From assembly GCF_018350175.1 (NCBI RefSeq), contig NC_058368.1, positions 238,950,001 through 239,014,000 of the forward strand: a DNA stretch of 64,000 nucleotides. Direction: 5' to 3'. Positions 12,212-24,289 of the stretch are shown one piece after another; position 1 is the first letter of the stretch; every line of letters begins with the position of its first letter. The DNA comes from Felis catus. Its lineage: Eukaryota. The position numbers were made by a program, and so were the translations under genes. The notes beneath the pieces were generated by a model that worked only from the letters and a program-made list of their open reading frames with translations, searched no databases and had not been told where the DNA came from.

Positions 12212-12822
12212 TCTTCTTTAAATATTCATAAAATTCACTAAGGAAACTGTCTTATCTGGAATTCTCATTCTCAGGTTTTTCCCTTGTGAAGCCAACTACT
12301 TTAATAGAGAAAGAATTATTCAGATTATTCAGGGTCTCTATTTCTTCTCGGATGAGTTTTGGTAGCTTGTTACTTTCAAATAATTGGTCTGGTTCATCTA
12401 AGCTGTCGAGTGTATGTGCACAGAGCAGTTTGTAACATTCCCCTACTGTCGTTTTAATGTCTGTGGGAACAGTAATGAAGTCTCCTCCTTCATTACCAGA
12501 ATTGGTAATTTAACCTTCCTTCTCTCTCTCTCTCTCCTTCTGTCAACAGTCTGGTTAAAGGTCTATCAATTTTATCGATCTTTTCAAAGAACCAGCTTTC
12601 AGTTTCACTGATTTTTTTTTAATGGTCTTTCTGTTTTTAATTCCACTGATTTCTCTCATTTATTATTTCTTTCCTTCTGCTTGTTCTCAGTGTACATTAC
12701 TCTTCTTTTTCTAATTTCTTAAGGTGGAAGATTAAATTGTTGATTTCTAATTTTCCTTTGTTTCAAATATAAGCATTTATTTCTTCTTTCTGATTAAATG
12801 CTTCTAATATAAGTGGTTCATT

Positions 12823-13570
12823 CTTTTTTATTTATTTAAAAAATTTTTTTACATTAAATATAATTTATTGTCAAATTGGTTTCCATACAACACCCAGTGC
12901 TCATCCCAACAGGTGCCCTCCTCAGTGCACATCACCCACCCTCCCCTCCCTCCCACCCCCATCAACCCTCAGTTTATTCTCAGTTTTTAAGAGTCTCTTA
13001 TGGTTTGCCTCCCTCCCTTTCTAACTTTTTTTTTCCTTCCCCTCCCCAATGGTCTTCTGTTAAGTTTCTCAGGATCCACATATGAGTGAGAACATGTGAT
13101 ATCTGTCCTTCTCTGACTGGCTTATTTCATTCAGCATAATACCCTCCAGTTCCATCCACATTGCTGCAAATGGCAGGATTTCATTCTTTCTCATTGCCAA
13201 ATAGTATTCCATTGTATATATAAACCACATCTTCTCTATCCATTTGTCAGTTGATGGACATTTAGGCTCTTTCTATAATTTGGCTATTGTTGAAAATGCT
13301 ACTATATATTTTTTTAATTTTTTTTTAACATTTATTTATTTTTGAGACAGAGAGAGACAGAGCATGAACAGGGGAGGGGCAGAGAGAGAGGGAGACACAG
13401 AATCAGAAGCAGGCTCCAGGCTCTGAGCTGTCAGCCCAGAGCCCGACGCGGGGCTCGAACTCACGGACCGCGAGATCGTGACCTGGGCTGAAGTCAGACG
13501 TCTAACCGACTGAGCCACCCAGGCGCCCCTGAAAGTGCTACTATAAACAATGGGGTTCAAGTGCCCCTAT
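12823..13570 (-). mobile_element. Young felid L1 (L1_Fc-like) 5'-truncated 3' end
   Basis: T-rich tail then aatttattgtcaaattggtttccatacaacacccagtgctcatcccaaca...ttccatccacattgctgcaaatggcaggatttcattct; interrupted by a SINE. Confidence 0.88.
13307..13529 (-). mobile_element. SINEC_Fc nested in the young L1
   Basis: Near-consensus body; TSD tgaaaatgctactata / tgaaagtgctactata. Confidence 0.96.
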
Positions 13571-14487
13571 ATAAGCAGTTAATTCTATAAATTTTCCTCT
13601 GAACACCACTAAGTTTTGATATGTTGTATTTCTATTTTTATTCAGTTTAAATAGTTTCTAATTTTTCTGAGAGATCATCCAGGACGTGTGGGTTATCTAG
13701 AAGTGTGCTGTTAAATTTCCACATGTTTGGGAAATTTTCCAGATATTTTTATTGGTTTCTAGTTTCATTCCATTGTGACTTTTTTGTTTTTGTTTTAAAT
13801 TTGTTAAGGTGTGTTTTATGACCTAAAGTATGGTCTGTCCCAATGAATGTCCCATTAGCACTCAAGAGGGATGCATGCCTTGAGGTCATTCAGTAACTAT
13901 TCTATAAATGTCAGTGGGGTCCTGTTGGCTCCTGGCGCTGTCAGTCCTTCCAGATCCCTGTTTGTTTCCCATCAGCTTTTCTTTTTTTTCTTCCATCAAC
14001 TTTTCTATCACTTACTGAAAGAGGACTTGTTAGGACTTTCCTTGCCTTCTATTTTCAATAGAAGAATCCGCCTGGATTTTTATATTTTTTGTAGATGCAT
14101 ATAGGTAGGTTGTGTTGCTTGTCTCCGGTCTAACAATCTCTGTCTCAGGTGGTGTGCTCAGGTCATCTGTGCCCAGCTTCATTATTGATCCAGCGATGTT
14201 AGATGTCACCACGTGTTCCACCTATTATGTTTTAGCTATAGCCTTTCTCTTCCCCCGTCTCTCTTGCTTGCTTTCTTTTGGATTATTAGAATATTTTTTA
14301 GTATTTTGTTTTTATTAAATTTTCTTTTCTTTTCTTTCTTTTTTTTTTTTTTTGCTATATCTCTTCCCAGTTTCTTTAGTGGTTTCTCTACAGATTACAA
14401 CATAGATATTAACTTCTCACTCTACTTGTCAATCTACTTACAATTGACATTTTACTACTGCAAGTGGGATGTAGAACCTCATCGCCA

Positions 14488-15278
14488 CAGGAAGAAATAG
14501 AAAAGTTGAAGAGATGGATAACCAGCCATGAAATTAAATCAGTAATCAAAAAACTCCCAACAAACGGAAGTGTAGGACCAGAGGCCTCAGAGGTGAATTC
14601 TACCAAACCTTTAAAGAAGAGTAAATACCCATTCTTCTCAAACCGTTCCCAAAATTAGAAGAAGAAGGAAAACTTCTTCTATGACCTTCTTCTATGACCT
14701 CATTCTATGAGGTCAGCATGACCCTGATTCCAAAACCGATAAAGACACTACGAAAAGGAGAACTACAAGCCAATTTCTCTGGTGATCACAGATGCAAAAA
14801 TCTTCAACAGAATACTAGCAAACCAAATCCAACAATAACTTTAAAAATAATTTACCAAAATCAAGTGGGATTTATTACCGAGATGCAAAGGTGGCCCAGT
14901 ATTCACAAAACAATCAACATGATATATCACATCAACAAGAGAAAGGATAAAAACCAGATGATCATTTCAGTAGATGCAGAGAAAGTGTTTGACAAAGTAC
15001 AACATCCATTCGTGATAAGAACCCTCAACAAAGTGGGTGAAGAGGCAACGTGTGATAAAGGCCACATGTGAAAAACCCACAGCTAACATCATCCTCAATG
15101 GTGAGAACCTGAGAGCTTTGCCCCTGAGGTCAGGAACAAGACGCAGATGTCCACTCTTACCACTTTCATTCAGCACGGTACCGGAAGTCCCGGCCGCAGC
15201 AGTCAGACAACAAAAAGTGATAAAAGCCACCCAAGCTGGTGAGGAAAAAGTAAAACTGTCTATTTGCAGACGGCATGA
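14488..15278 (+). mobile_element. L1 ORF2 reverse-transcriptase fragment (frameshifted), opposite in orientation to the host L1
   Basis: Translations QEEIEKL..EIKSVIKKLPT, FYEVSMTLIPKP, QVGFI, HINKRKDKNQMIISVDAEKVFDKVQHPF, KPTANIILNGE..LRSGTR; ends at the decayed LFADD motif (tatttgcagacggcatga). Confidence 0.93.
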
Positions 15279-18059
15279 AGCCCTGTCACCACATAGACCC
15301 CTCTCCCTTTACACGTGGCCCTCATGTGTATCACACGCACATACACGGAAAACCCTCGGACAGCCCTGTTGATGTCACACAGAACAGACATCAGAGCCAG
15401 GAAAATCAGGCGTGAAGAGGAGATATAGTCCGCCGCGTTCACTCGGGGATCTACCGCTTCTCTTGTTCCTCCTTCTGGAGTCTGAGTCGCCCTCCGGTGT
15501 CACCTCCTTCTGCCTGAAGGGCCCTTAACAGTTCTTCCAAAGCAAGCCCATTGCACCAGGCAATGAGAGTGTGTCCCGGGGGTCTGCATCTTCCTTGTCT
15601 CTGAAGGATGCTTTTGCTGATACGACTCTGACTTGATGGCTCTTTTGGTTTCACATTTTAAACATGTTCTTCCATGTGCTCTGGTCTCCACACTGATAAG
15701 AAATCTACCCTGTTTCAATTATTGTTCCCCACGGGGATGTGTCATTTCTTTCCGCTTCCCTGGCACTAAATTAACTCAAATGAACACTCTTTGCCGACAA
15801 ACATGCTATTGAATACCTGTCATCGGTCACCCTCTGGACACAGTGGGAAGCAGAGCTCTGTCCAGGGCAAGGCAGACCTGTGACAGACGCTTGGACGTCT
15901 CTCCTGCTTCTGAATAAGCTTCCTCAGTGATTTACTCCAAACATTTTGCTCACATGCTAAGACACCCACTGCCTTTTTCTTACCTTCACTGTGGGGCAGA
16001 ATCCCCTCTACAGCTTTTGGAAAACACTAAGACCATGTTGCATTCACTCATTCCAACGGCATTCGCCTTCCGAAGAAAATTTTCAGATTCTTAAAAGCAG
16101 AGGCTGTGCTTTCTTCTTGGTAACCATTGGGGTGAGATGGACATGAATTAGAGCACGCATTCCGATCACAGCCCTGCGGCCAGTGACTGTATCTTTATGT
16201 CTGGGCAAGCTTCTGCCTGTCTCCGGAAGGCCAGTTCCTTGTGCGGCAGAGTAAGGAGATTAAACAGGGTGTTCGTTAAGGTCCTGCCGGAGATGTGACT
16301 TCTGCTGCAACATGCAGCACAGCATTAGAACCCCAACAGGCAGCACAAATGTTTCTTTACAGTGAAGGAGGCTCACCTTGCTGCACTGGCTCTGCTGATC
16401 GCGGCCGCCCGGGGCCCCCACGGCACCTCCTGGTTTCTCGTCCCGCACAGCTGTGCTGTCATCACACAGCGTGGCCCGTGGGGGCAGCAGGAGGTGGCGG
16501 CTCTGAGGGGGGCGCCAGCTCTGAGCGGGGTCGGTAAGCCCGTGTTTCTACCCCAAGGGCCCTCTCTTGGACGGCTGGACTGGGAGACGCTCCGGCGGCG
16601 TCCAGACAGAAGCTGGCCCCTCGTGCCCACCTCACACAAGTGAGCCTGGAAGTGGACCCCCAGCTCCCCACCAAGGATGAGGCCACCGTTGCAGCCAAGA
16701 GCAGGACGGCCACCACACCGGACCCTGAGCGGACCACCTGGCGAGACCGCCCCCGTTCCCAACCGCGGCCCCTGTGACATGTTTGTTTTTTCCAGCTGCT
16801 AGCTTTTGGGCTACGGATCGTTCCGCAGGAACTCTGTCCCTCTGGGCAGGAGGACGAGCGTGGAGCGGAGGCGGTGGTTTGAGTTCTGTGAAGGCAGCTG
16901 CTGCCCTACCTCGGGTGTGAGCTATAACTTGGGAGTTGTCTGGCTTCAGTTGTCACTTTCCACAACAACGTGTCCCCAGCTGCATCATCCACGACTCAGC
17001 AAAGCAATGGGGTGACTGCGGGCCAAGGACGTAGACCCGGTGTCTCGAGGAGGGCTCCCGCTGAAACTGATGTTTCTGAAGATGCTTCCAGAAGGCTCAG
17101 ACCGGTCGCCATGGGGTCACACTCTCTCTTCCTGAATGTGGACGACTTCTGAGCTGGGGAAGCGGGAGATAAACCCCAGCGTGTTGACCGCCATGGGGAG
17201 GCAGGTGCCAAGGCCAGCGCGTCCCCTCGGCGTTCCGGCCCCAGAGGGATGTGGGTCCGGGCTGCTCCCGGGCGAGGGCCACAGAGTGAGTGACAGGCCA
17301 GCTCCTCCCGGCTCCTCCCTGCTCCTCAAGGAGGGCTGCCTGGTGTCTGTGGGCTGGGGGAGCGGGCACAGAGCCTCACTCTTTTACCTCAGGTTATGGC
17401 TGGAAGCATCATTACTTTGAAGTCTACTCCCCCCAGACGGTTTGCAGCGTCTCTAAAGTAAATGGGTCACAGAGAGGCAGAAAAATGATGAGGGTGACAG
17501 TGGCGTCCTGCAGGATAAGAGGCAGGCGGGCGGGGAAGGTTGTGTGGTCAGTGGGGCTCGGGAAACACCGCGCACACACACACTGCACACCAGGGCTCCT
17601 GGAAAGATGCACGGCACGGCCCAGGAAGTCTGCTACAAAGAGACTTCATACCTGCTCAGTCCACACAAAGCTGCCTCGGAATATCTCACCCCCGAATGCC
17701 CAGGACTGCTAATTCCAGAGGAAACGCAATGAGAATAATTGCTATGTGGGATGGTGGCCACAGAAGTGATTCTGTGCCCATTTTCCCCTGACGTCCAGTT
17801 AACTAAGTTAGAGAAAGGGGCTTGATGTAGTTTCCCTCGTGGGAAAAAACTTCAGACAGAGATACAGAGAAAGGCCGTGAGGGGAAGGAGACAGTCTGGG
17901 TTCGGGGCAGCGGACGAGGGGTCATCGGAACTTTGTCATTTTCTTTCAGTGATTACACCTGCCCAGCAGTCAAGGCTGGCTGGACCCTCAGCTGACCCGG
18001 GAGGTTTCGACTCCCACCCTTGTACCCTGGGCGGGGCGGTGGCCCGGAGCACTGGCTCG

Positions 18060-18270
18060 GATCAACAAGTGAGTGGGAAAGATCTTCAACATACACACAC
18101 GTAGAGAGAAGAGAATCGCACATACCCAGGCACTTACCCGCCGATTTAACAATTCGGCATTTTGTTATATTTGCTCCATCTACTGTTTGGGTCAGAGGAT
18201 TTTGGCCAACTGACAGAGAGCGTGGCATTTTACCCCTCGGTACTTCACCGGGCATTTCTAAAGAACGAGG
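18060..18270 (-). mobile_element. L1ME-type 3' end relic
   Basis: ttaacaattcggcattttgttatatttgctccatc and gcattttacccctcggtacttcaccgggcatttctaaa resemble the L1ME 3' UTR. Confidence 0.5.
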
Positions 18271-19990
18271 CCGGTTTCCTCCGGGGTTTGGCGCCACGGG
18301 CAACCACAGACCCCCGTGGGGACCGGATAAACGCGGTCCCTCAGGTCGTCCAGCAGCCGGCCCACTTTCACATCTGCTGACGGTCCTGAGACCTGTGCCC
18401 GTGTCCCCCACCACCCACTCCAGGTGTGCCCTGTGCTGGGAGGACGGCGGTCCAGTTAGCTTTACCCAGAGAAGCACAGACACCAAGAGCCGACCATGAC
18501 CTCCCCGTCCGGAAGCCCCCGTTTACATTTTTGGAAAGTAAAGAAAGTGCTCAGGGGGTCGGAGGAGGAGACCAACCACAGAGAGGTGATGGGAAAGTCT
18601 CCGGCGGCCCCCGCTCTCTTGCAGGCCAGGCCCCAGAGCACCCCTGACTGTGTTTTCTCTTCCCTTCACACCAAATGGCGCTACCCTTACCCTGCGGCCC
18701 ACCGCCCTCACGGATCCCAGGTGGCAGCGGGGGCAGGCCTGGGTTTCCGTCCACGGCTCCCACCACAGAATGTCAGAGTGAGTTCTGTCAGCAACTTGAA
18801 GTTTTGCCTTGCGAGCACGCGCATCGTTCCAGGAGGTAGCAGGATGTTATGGAGCCACACCGTGACTTTGGGCTGCACATCTGCTAAAGAGGCACAATTA
18901 TAAGTGGTGCGCACACCTGACTTTGCTCAAATCCCGCCCGTTACCCGTCCACTCGGCTCCCTCTCCGTGTTTTCAAGATGCCTGGAGGTTTCGCACTTTG
19001 CGCACCTGCTCAGGTGCCCTGGGCACCGGGCGGCCTCCCCGGAGGGAACACCAAGGGTGCGGATCCCTGGAGCTTACCGTAAGAAAGACATTGCTTTATT
19101 CATTCTCTTCCTGCTTTTTAATTCTGTAGCAAACAAAAGCATAATACCCGTGTGAAGGCTCAGAAATTGGAAATATTAAGTATCAGCAGAAACCAAAGAA
19201 TTAAGAGCCAGGGAGGGAGCACTGTACGTCTGATATCACACGAACGCCCTAACAAGGCAGAACAAACGTAAAGAAATCTTTAAACACATAATGAGGATGA
19301 AATTCAAAACAAGGCCGAGTTTATCAAAGGAAGACACTGCCCGACACCGTGAGGGTTACGACGAAGGGGCTCAGTATTGGCTCACATGCTCGGCGAATGC
19401 TGAAACGCTCCGGGTCTTGCCTCCGTGAGAAATCCCCGTGTCCCCTTCGCAGGACGTGGGCCCCGTCAAAGGTTCTCACCCTGCGAAGAGAAGCAGAGAC
19501 ACCCCTTCCACGCGGCCCCCAGCCTCCGCCGTCCGCTGAACACCTACTGTGTGCCAGCCCCCGGGATGCGGTGAGGCTTCGGTGGGGAGGGCGGCAGGGC
19601 CAGTCCAAGCAAAGTGAAGAGTCTTGGGCAAGACTGACTCAGAGGCCACTGGATCACGTGTCCCCAGAGGACAGGCCTTGTCGGAGCTCACAGAAGGCCA
19701 GGGCCAAACTCGCCTAGTCAGAAAGGGGGCACGACGGTGCAGGACCCCAGCCCAGGGGGGCCCAGCGCACGGCCTTGATCCCCAGATAGCCCATTTTAGG
19801 GCGGCAGCGTCTCAGACACTGCCAAAGACAGCACCCCCAGACCTTAGGTCTGTAGGGCCAGGACGAACCAGTCTTTCCCAACCCTTAGAGTTTGGAGAAA
19901 TCCAGGAAGTGGCCGTCCACAGATAATATTCAGGGACCCCTTACCTCATCTGAGGAACAAGATGGTGATGAGTAACAGATCATCTGGCAG

Positions 19991-20380
19991 CAGAGGACCC
20001 TCGAGGGCGTGAGGTCGGGACAGAGGACCCTCGAGGGCGTGAGGTCGGGACAGAGGACCCTCGAGGGCGTGAGGTCAGGGCAGAGGACCCTCGAGGGCGT
20101 GAGGTCGGGACAGAGGACCCTCGAGGGCGTGAGGTCAGGGCAGAGGACCCTCGAGGGCGTGAGGTCAGGGCAGAGGACCCTCGAGGGCGTGAGGTCAGGG
20201 CAGAGGACCCTCGAGGGCGTGAGGTCGGGACAGAGGACCCTCGAGGGCGTGAGGTCGGGACAGAGGACCCTCGAGGGCGTGAGGTCAGGGCAGAGGACCC
20301 TCGAGGGCGTGAGGTCAGGGCAGAGGACCCTTGAGGGAGTGAGGTCGGGGCAGAGGACCCTCGAGGGAGTGAGGTCGGGG
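19991..20380. repeat. Minisatellite/VNTR, 13 copies of a 30-bp unit CAGAGGACCCTCGAGGGCGTGAGGTC(GGGA/AGGG)
   Basis: Exact 30-bp periodicity with no indels and no spacers. Confidence 0.98.
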
Positions 20381-22084
20381 CAGGAGTGCAGGGTCCACTC
20401 TCAGCCGGGCCTCTGTGAAGCTGTGTGACTCTGGCCGGGTCAAACAACCTCTCTTTCCTTGCGTCAGGGTGAGGACAGCAGTCCCGGCTGAACTGCGAGG
20501 AGGTGAACAGTGCTGGGCCCCACTCGCCGGCACTACAGAGGCGGGCTTTGTCCCAGCCCACCCCACCGGTCCTCCTCTGCCCCTGGCCTCCCCACCCCCA
20601 CCCCGGCCGGGCTCAGACCTGCTCGGCTTCCGCGGTGACTGCACGTTGCGTCCGTAGGGTAGAACTGACCGCTTAACGGCTATGAACCCTCCGCGCCATG
20701 CAGGATGCTTCTCCACTCATTCGGGTCTCCCCTATTTCCCTCGGCCGTGCTTCATAGGGATCTTGTGGACCTTCTGTTAAATGTAGTCTTACGTGCTTGA
20801 CGGTTTTGATGCTATTATAAACGGAGTCACTCAAAATTTTTGTTTCCAAATTATCTGCTGCCAGTGCGCAGATACGGGACGGACCGTGGCATACTAATCT
20901 TGTGTTCTGAGGCACGGCCGCACTCTTCACTCTCGTGTTTTTCTTGACGACTCCTTAAAAATTTCCGCGCGAACAGGCGCACCACCAGTGAGTGGAGACG
21001 GAGGCAGCTTGACGCTGTGCTGACCGGTCTCTGTCCCTTATTTTCTTCTTGCTTTGCTGCACTAGGGGCTGCAGTGAGAAGGGGGGGTCGCAGGTCACAG
21101 CAGGCTCCTTCCCTCATTCCGCCTCGGAGGAGAAGCACCAAATATTCTGCCATTTAAGAACAAGGATGCCTATAGGTTTTACTTTGATGGCTTTGATTGC
21201 TGAAAGCTTTGATCTTGCACGTAGTTTCAGTTTGGGTCAGTGCTCTTTCTGCCCCCTGGAGATATTCACAGGTTTTCTCCTTTATTTTGTCCGTATGGTG
21301 AATTCCATCGATCTGACTCTCAAATAGTAACCTAACCCTGCAATCCCAGAGAAACCGACCTTTTTTTTTTACATATTGCTACATTCAGCTTGCTAGGATT
21401 TTGTTCAGATTTTTTGCATCTCTTCTCATGAAGGGTGTTCCTCTGCGGTCTCCATACCTTACAACGCCTTTGCCGGGTTTCGACATCAGAATTAAGTTGG
21501 TCGCATAAAACAAGGTTTCCTTCTCCCTAGTTTTTGGCATATTTTGTGAAATATTGGCATCATATCTTCATTAACTATCAGATAGAATTTATCTTTGAAG
21601 TCCTCTAGCTCAGGCATTGTCTTTGTGGGAAGGCATTTGATAACTAATTTAATTCCTTTACTAGATATACAGTCGTCAATAACAGCATCCAGTTCATTCT
21701 CACCTGAAAGACTAGGGCTATTCAAATTGTCTATTTTACCTTGTGTCAATTTTGGTAAGTTGCGTTTTGAAAGAAGGTGTGACACAAGTTGTCAAATTTG
21801 TCAGTATAAAATTATTCATAATGTTCTAATACTATCCTATTAACATACGTAGAGTTTGTAGCAACTTCATCTCATATTTCTGATGTTGGCAACTTATGGT
21901 TATTTCTCCTTTGATCAGTCTTGCTAGGATTTTATAATTTTATTGATCTCAAAAAGCAACTTTTGTCTTCATTGACTTCTCGGTCAATCCTGTTATTCAT
22001 CTCTTACCTTTCTCATTTTTGCTTCTACTTCCTGCTACTTAATTTGGGTTTATTTTGCTCATTTTTCAAACTTCTTTAAAAAAA

Positions 22085-22298
22085 TTTTTTTTTAATGTTT
22101 TTATTTATTTTTGAGACAGAGAGAGACAGAGCATAAGTGGGAGAGGGGCAGAGAGAGAGGGAGACATGGAATCGGAAGCAGGCTCCAGGCTCTGAGCTGT
22201 CAGCACAGAGCCCGATGCAGGGCTTGAACCCACGAACTGCGAGATCATGACCTGAGCCAAAGTTGGATGCTCAACCGGCTGAGCCACCCAGGCGCCCC
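22085..22298 (-). mobile_element. CanSINE
   Basis: Full body; TSD ttttcaaacttctt / tttttaaacttctt. Confidence 0.95.
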
Positions 22299-22348
22299 TA
22301 ATTTTTAAACTTCTTAAAGTGGAATCTTAGATCGTCTGTTTGAAAAAA

Positions 22349-22560
22349 TTTTAATGTCTATTTATTTATTTTGAGAGAAAGAGAAAGACAGCACGAGTGG
22401 GGGAGGGGCAGAGAGAAGGGGAGAGAGAATCCCAAGCAGGCTCCATGCTGCCAGCACAGAGCCCAATGCGGGGCTTGAACTCACAAACCACGAGATCATG
22501 ACCTGAGCCAAACAAAATCAAGAGTCAGACACTTAAGAGACTGAGCCACCCAGGCACCCC
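22349..22560 (-). mobile_element. CanSINE
   Basis: Full body; short TSD ctgtttga. Confidence 0.93.
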
Positions 22561-23042
22561 TGTTTGATTTTTTTTAATGTGAACATTTATATAACTTTTT
22601 TAACTATAACCTTTAATTATAATTAAAATTTCCCTTCCAAGCCCATCTTTGGCTCATCTTACAGATTTTATTTGTTATACACTCATTATTGCTCAGTTTG
22701 AAGTATTTTCTAATCTCCTGTGTGGTTTTTTGACCCATGGATTATTTAAAGGTATGTTCTTTAATTTGCAAATATCTGTTTTTCCCCAAATGTGTAATTA
22801 TTAATTTCTAATTTAACTCCATTGTGATCAGAGAATACAGTTTCTAAGATTTCAGTTACTGGAAACATCTGAGACTTACTTTACAACCCAGCATATGATC
22901 TATAGTAATTTTAAGTTCCTGAATTTCCATTTGGTTCTCTAAAAAAATAATTTATATTTCTCTGTTGGGAATCCCCATCTGTTTATCTGTTATGACCATA
23001 TTTCTCTTAAATTCCCTGAACATATTAAAGTCTTTGTCTTCT

Positions 23043-23270
23043 GGGGCATCTGGGTGGCTCAGTTGGTTGAGCCTCCGACTTCGGCTCAGGTCGTGATCTC
23101 ACAGCTTGTGAATTTGAGCCCGGTGTCGGGCTCTGTGCTGACAGCTCAGAGCCTGGAGCCTGCTTCCGATTCCGTGTCTCCCTCTCTCTCTGCCCCTCCA
23201 CCGCTTGTGCTCTGTCTCTCTCTGCCTCTCAAAAATGAAGAAACATAATTTGAAAAATTAAAAGAAAATA
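23043..23270 (+). mobile_element. CanSINE
   Basis: ggggcatctgggtggctcag...A-rich tail; TSD ttgtcttct. Confidence 0.94.
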
Positions 23271-23867
23271 AGCTTCTTGTCTTCTAGTTTCGCCATCTTT
23301 CATGATCTTGAGCTGGGTCACACTTCCCTGTGTCTTTGCCTGTCGAGTGACGTTTCGTTGGAAACCACTGCGTGCCGGTCTGCAGCCCAGACTCTGCATT
23401 GTCCTAACTTCACCGGAAGGGTGTTCATCTTTGTTCCAGCAGGCCGTCTACCTGGCTGCAGACACCGGCCTCGGCCTCCCTGTGACAGAGGCAGCTGTCT
23501 GTCTGCTCAGCCCTTCCTGCCTGTGGCTGCTGCTCCTCTGCTCTGACATCTCAGCATCCGCCCTGCACGTGCGGCTTGGGAGTCAGACGAGGGTTTGGAC
23601 GGAATCTGTACGCAGACCTACAGCCTCATTGTAGCCCTTCTGGGGACTTCACCCTTCACTTTCTGGCGTCCAACTCTTCAAGCCAGGGGGGCCGTGGCCT
23701 CTGCTTGACTTGCACGGCCCCCCACCCCCAGCTGCCATCGGGCCACAGCTGTTTCTGTGCGAGCCCCTGTTGCAGTTCTATTCATTTAGGGTTTTTTTTT
23801 AAGTATTTAAGTTTGTACCTTCGTTCATTGCTTTCCAATACCTTTAACTAGTGCTGTTTGTTTAATT

Positions 23868-24101
23868 AAAAAAATATATTTTTATTTAAAAAAAATTTTT
23901 TTAACGTTTGTTTATTTTTGAGACAGAGAGAGACAGAGCATGAACAGGGGAGGGTCAGAGAGGGGGAGACACAGAATCCGAAACAGGCTCCAGGCTCTGA
24001 GCCGTCAGCACAGAGCCCGACGCGGGGCTCGAACTCACAGACCGCGAGATCATGACCTGAGCCGAAGTCGGACCCTCAACCCACTGAGCCACCAGCTGCC
24101 C
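23868..24101 (-). mobile_element. Young SINEC_Fc in the tail of an older SINE
   Basis: CpG-rich body; TSD tgtttgtttaatt. Confidence 0.94.
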
Positions 24102-24102
24102 T

Positions 24103-24284
24103 TGTTTGTTTAATTTTAGAGAGAGAGAATGAGCACGAGCATGGAAGAGAGGCAGAGAGAGAATCCCAAGCAGCTTCCATGCTCATCACAGAGCCTGAGG
24201 GGGCTCCGTCCCACCACCCTGAGGTCACAACCCGAGCCAATACCAAGAGACGGCACTCAGCTGATTGAGCCACCCAGCTGCTCC
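24103..24284 (-). mobile_element. Older diverged CanSINE
   Basis: (GA)n, gaatcccaagcag, ...gagccacccagctgctcc. Confidence 0.85.
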
Positions 24285-24289
24285 TTTAG

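Larger units (their letters stand above)
8320..15750 (-). mobile_element. Old LINE-1 (L1M, L1MC/MD-like) from 3' UTR through ORF2 into ORF1, fragmented and hosting nested younger insertions
   Basis: Colinear antisense L1 motifs: 3' UTR 8.4-8.9 kb (gttttgccttttgtgaaatgtcac); ORF2 9.5-14.2 kb (atccattttgagttaattttt, aggaagttccct, ttgatatgttgtattt); ORF1 end 15.5-15.7 kb (tgaaggatgcttttgctgatac). Confidence 0.85.
20670..23700 (-). mobile_element. Old L1M, ORF2 to 5' region, fragmented
   Basis: Minus ORF 21492-21785 NLPKLTQGKIDNLNSP..IKLVIKCLPTK..FY resembles ORF2; ttttgatgctattataaa and ttaactccattgtgatcagagaa motifs. Confidence 0.8.

Noticed and set aside
13336..13560. Recurrent ORF family AQSV..TSAQVMIS..SSSPASGSVLTAQSLEPASDSVSPSLS
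   Set aside because: Translation of the SINE consensus, not a gene family
14488..15278. Functional reverse transcriptase, retron-like or domesticated gene
   Set aside because: Ordinary L1 ORF2 fragment with frameshifts and a decayed catalytic motif
19991..20380. CRISPR-like array (30-bp period with internal palindrome)
   Set aside because: Head-to-tail repeats without unique spacers, no cas genes, mammalian context
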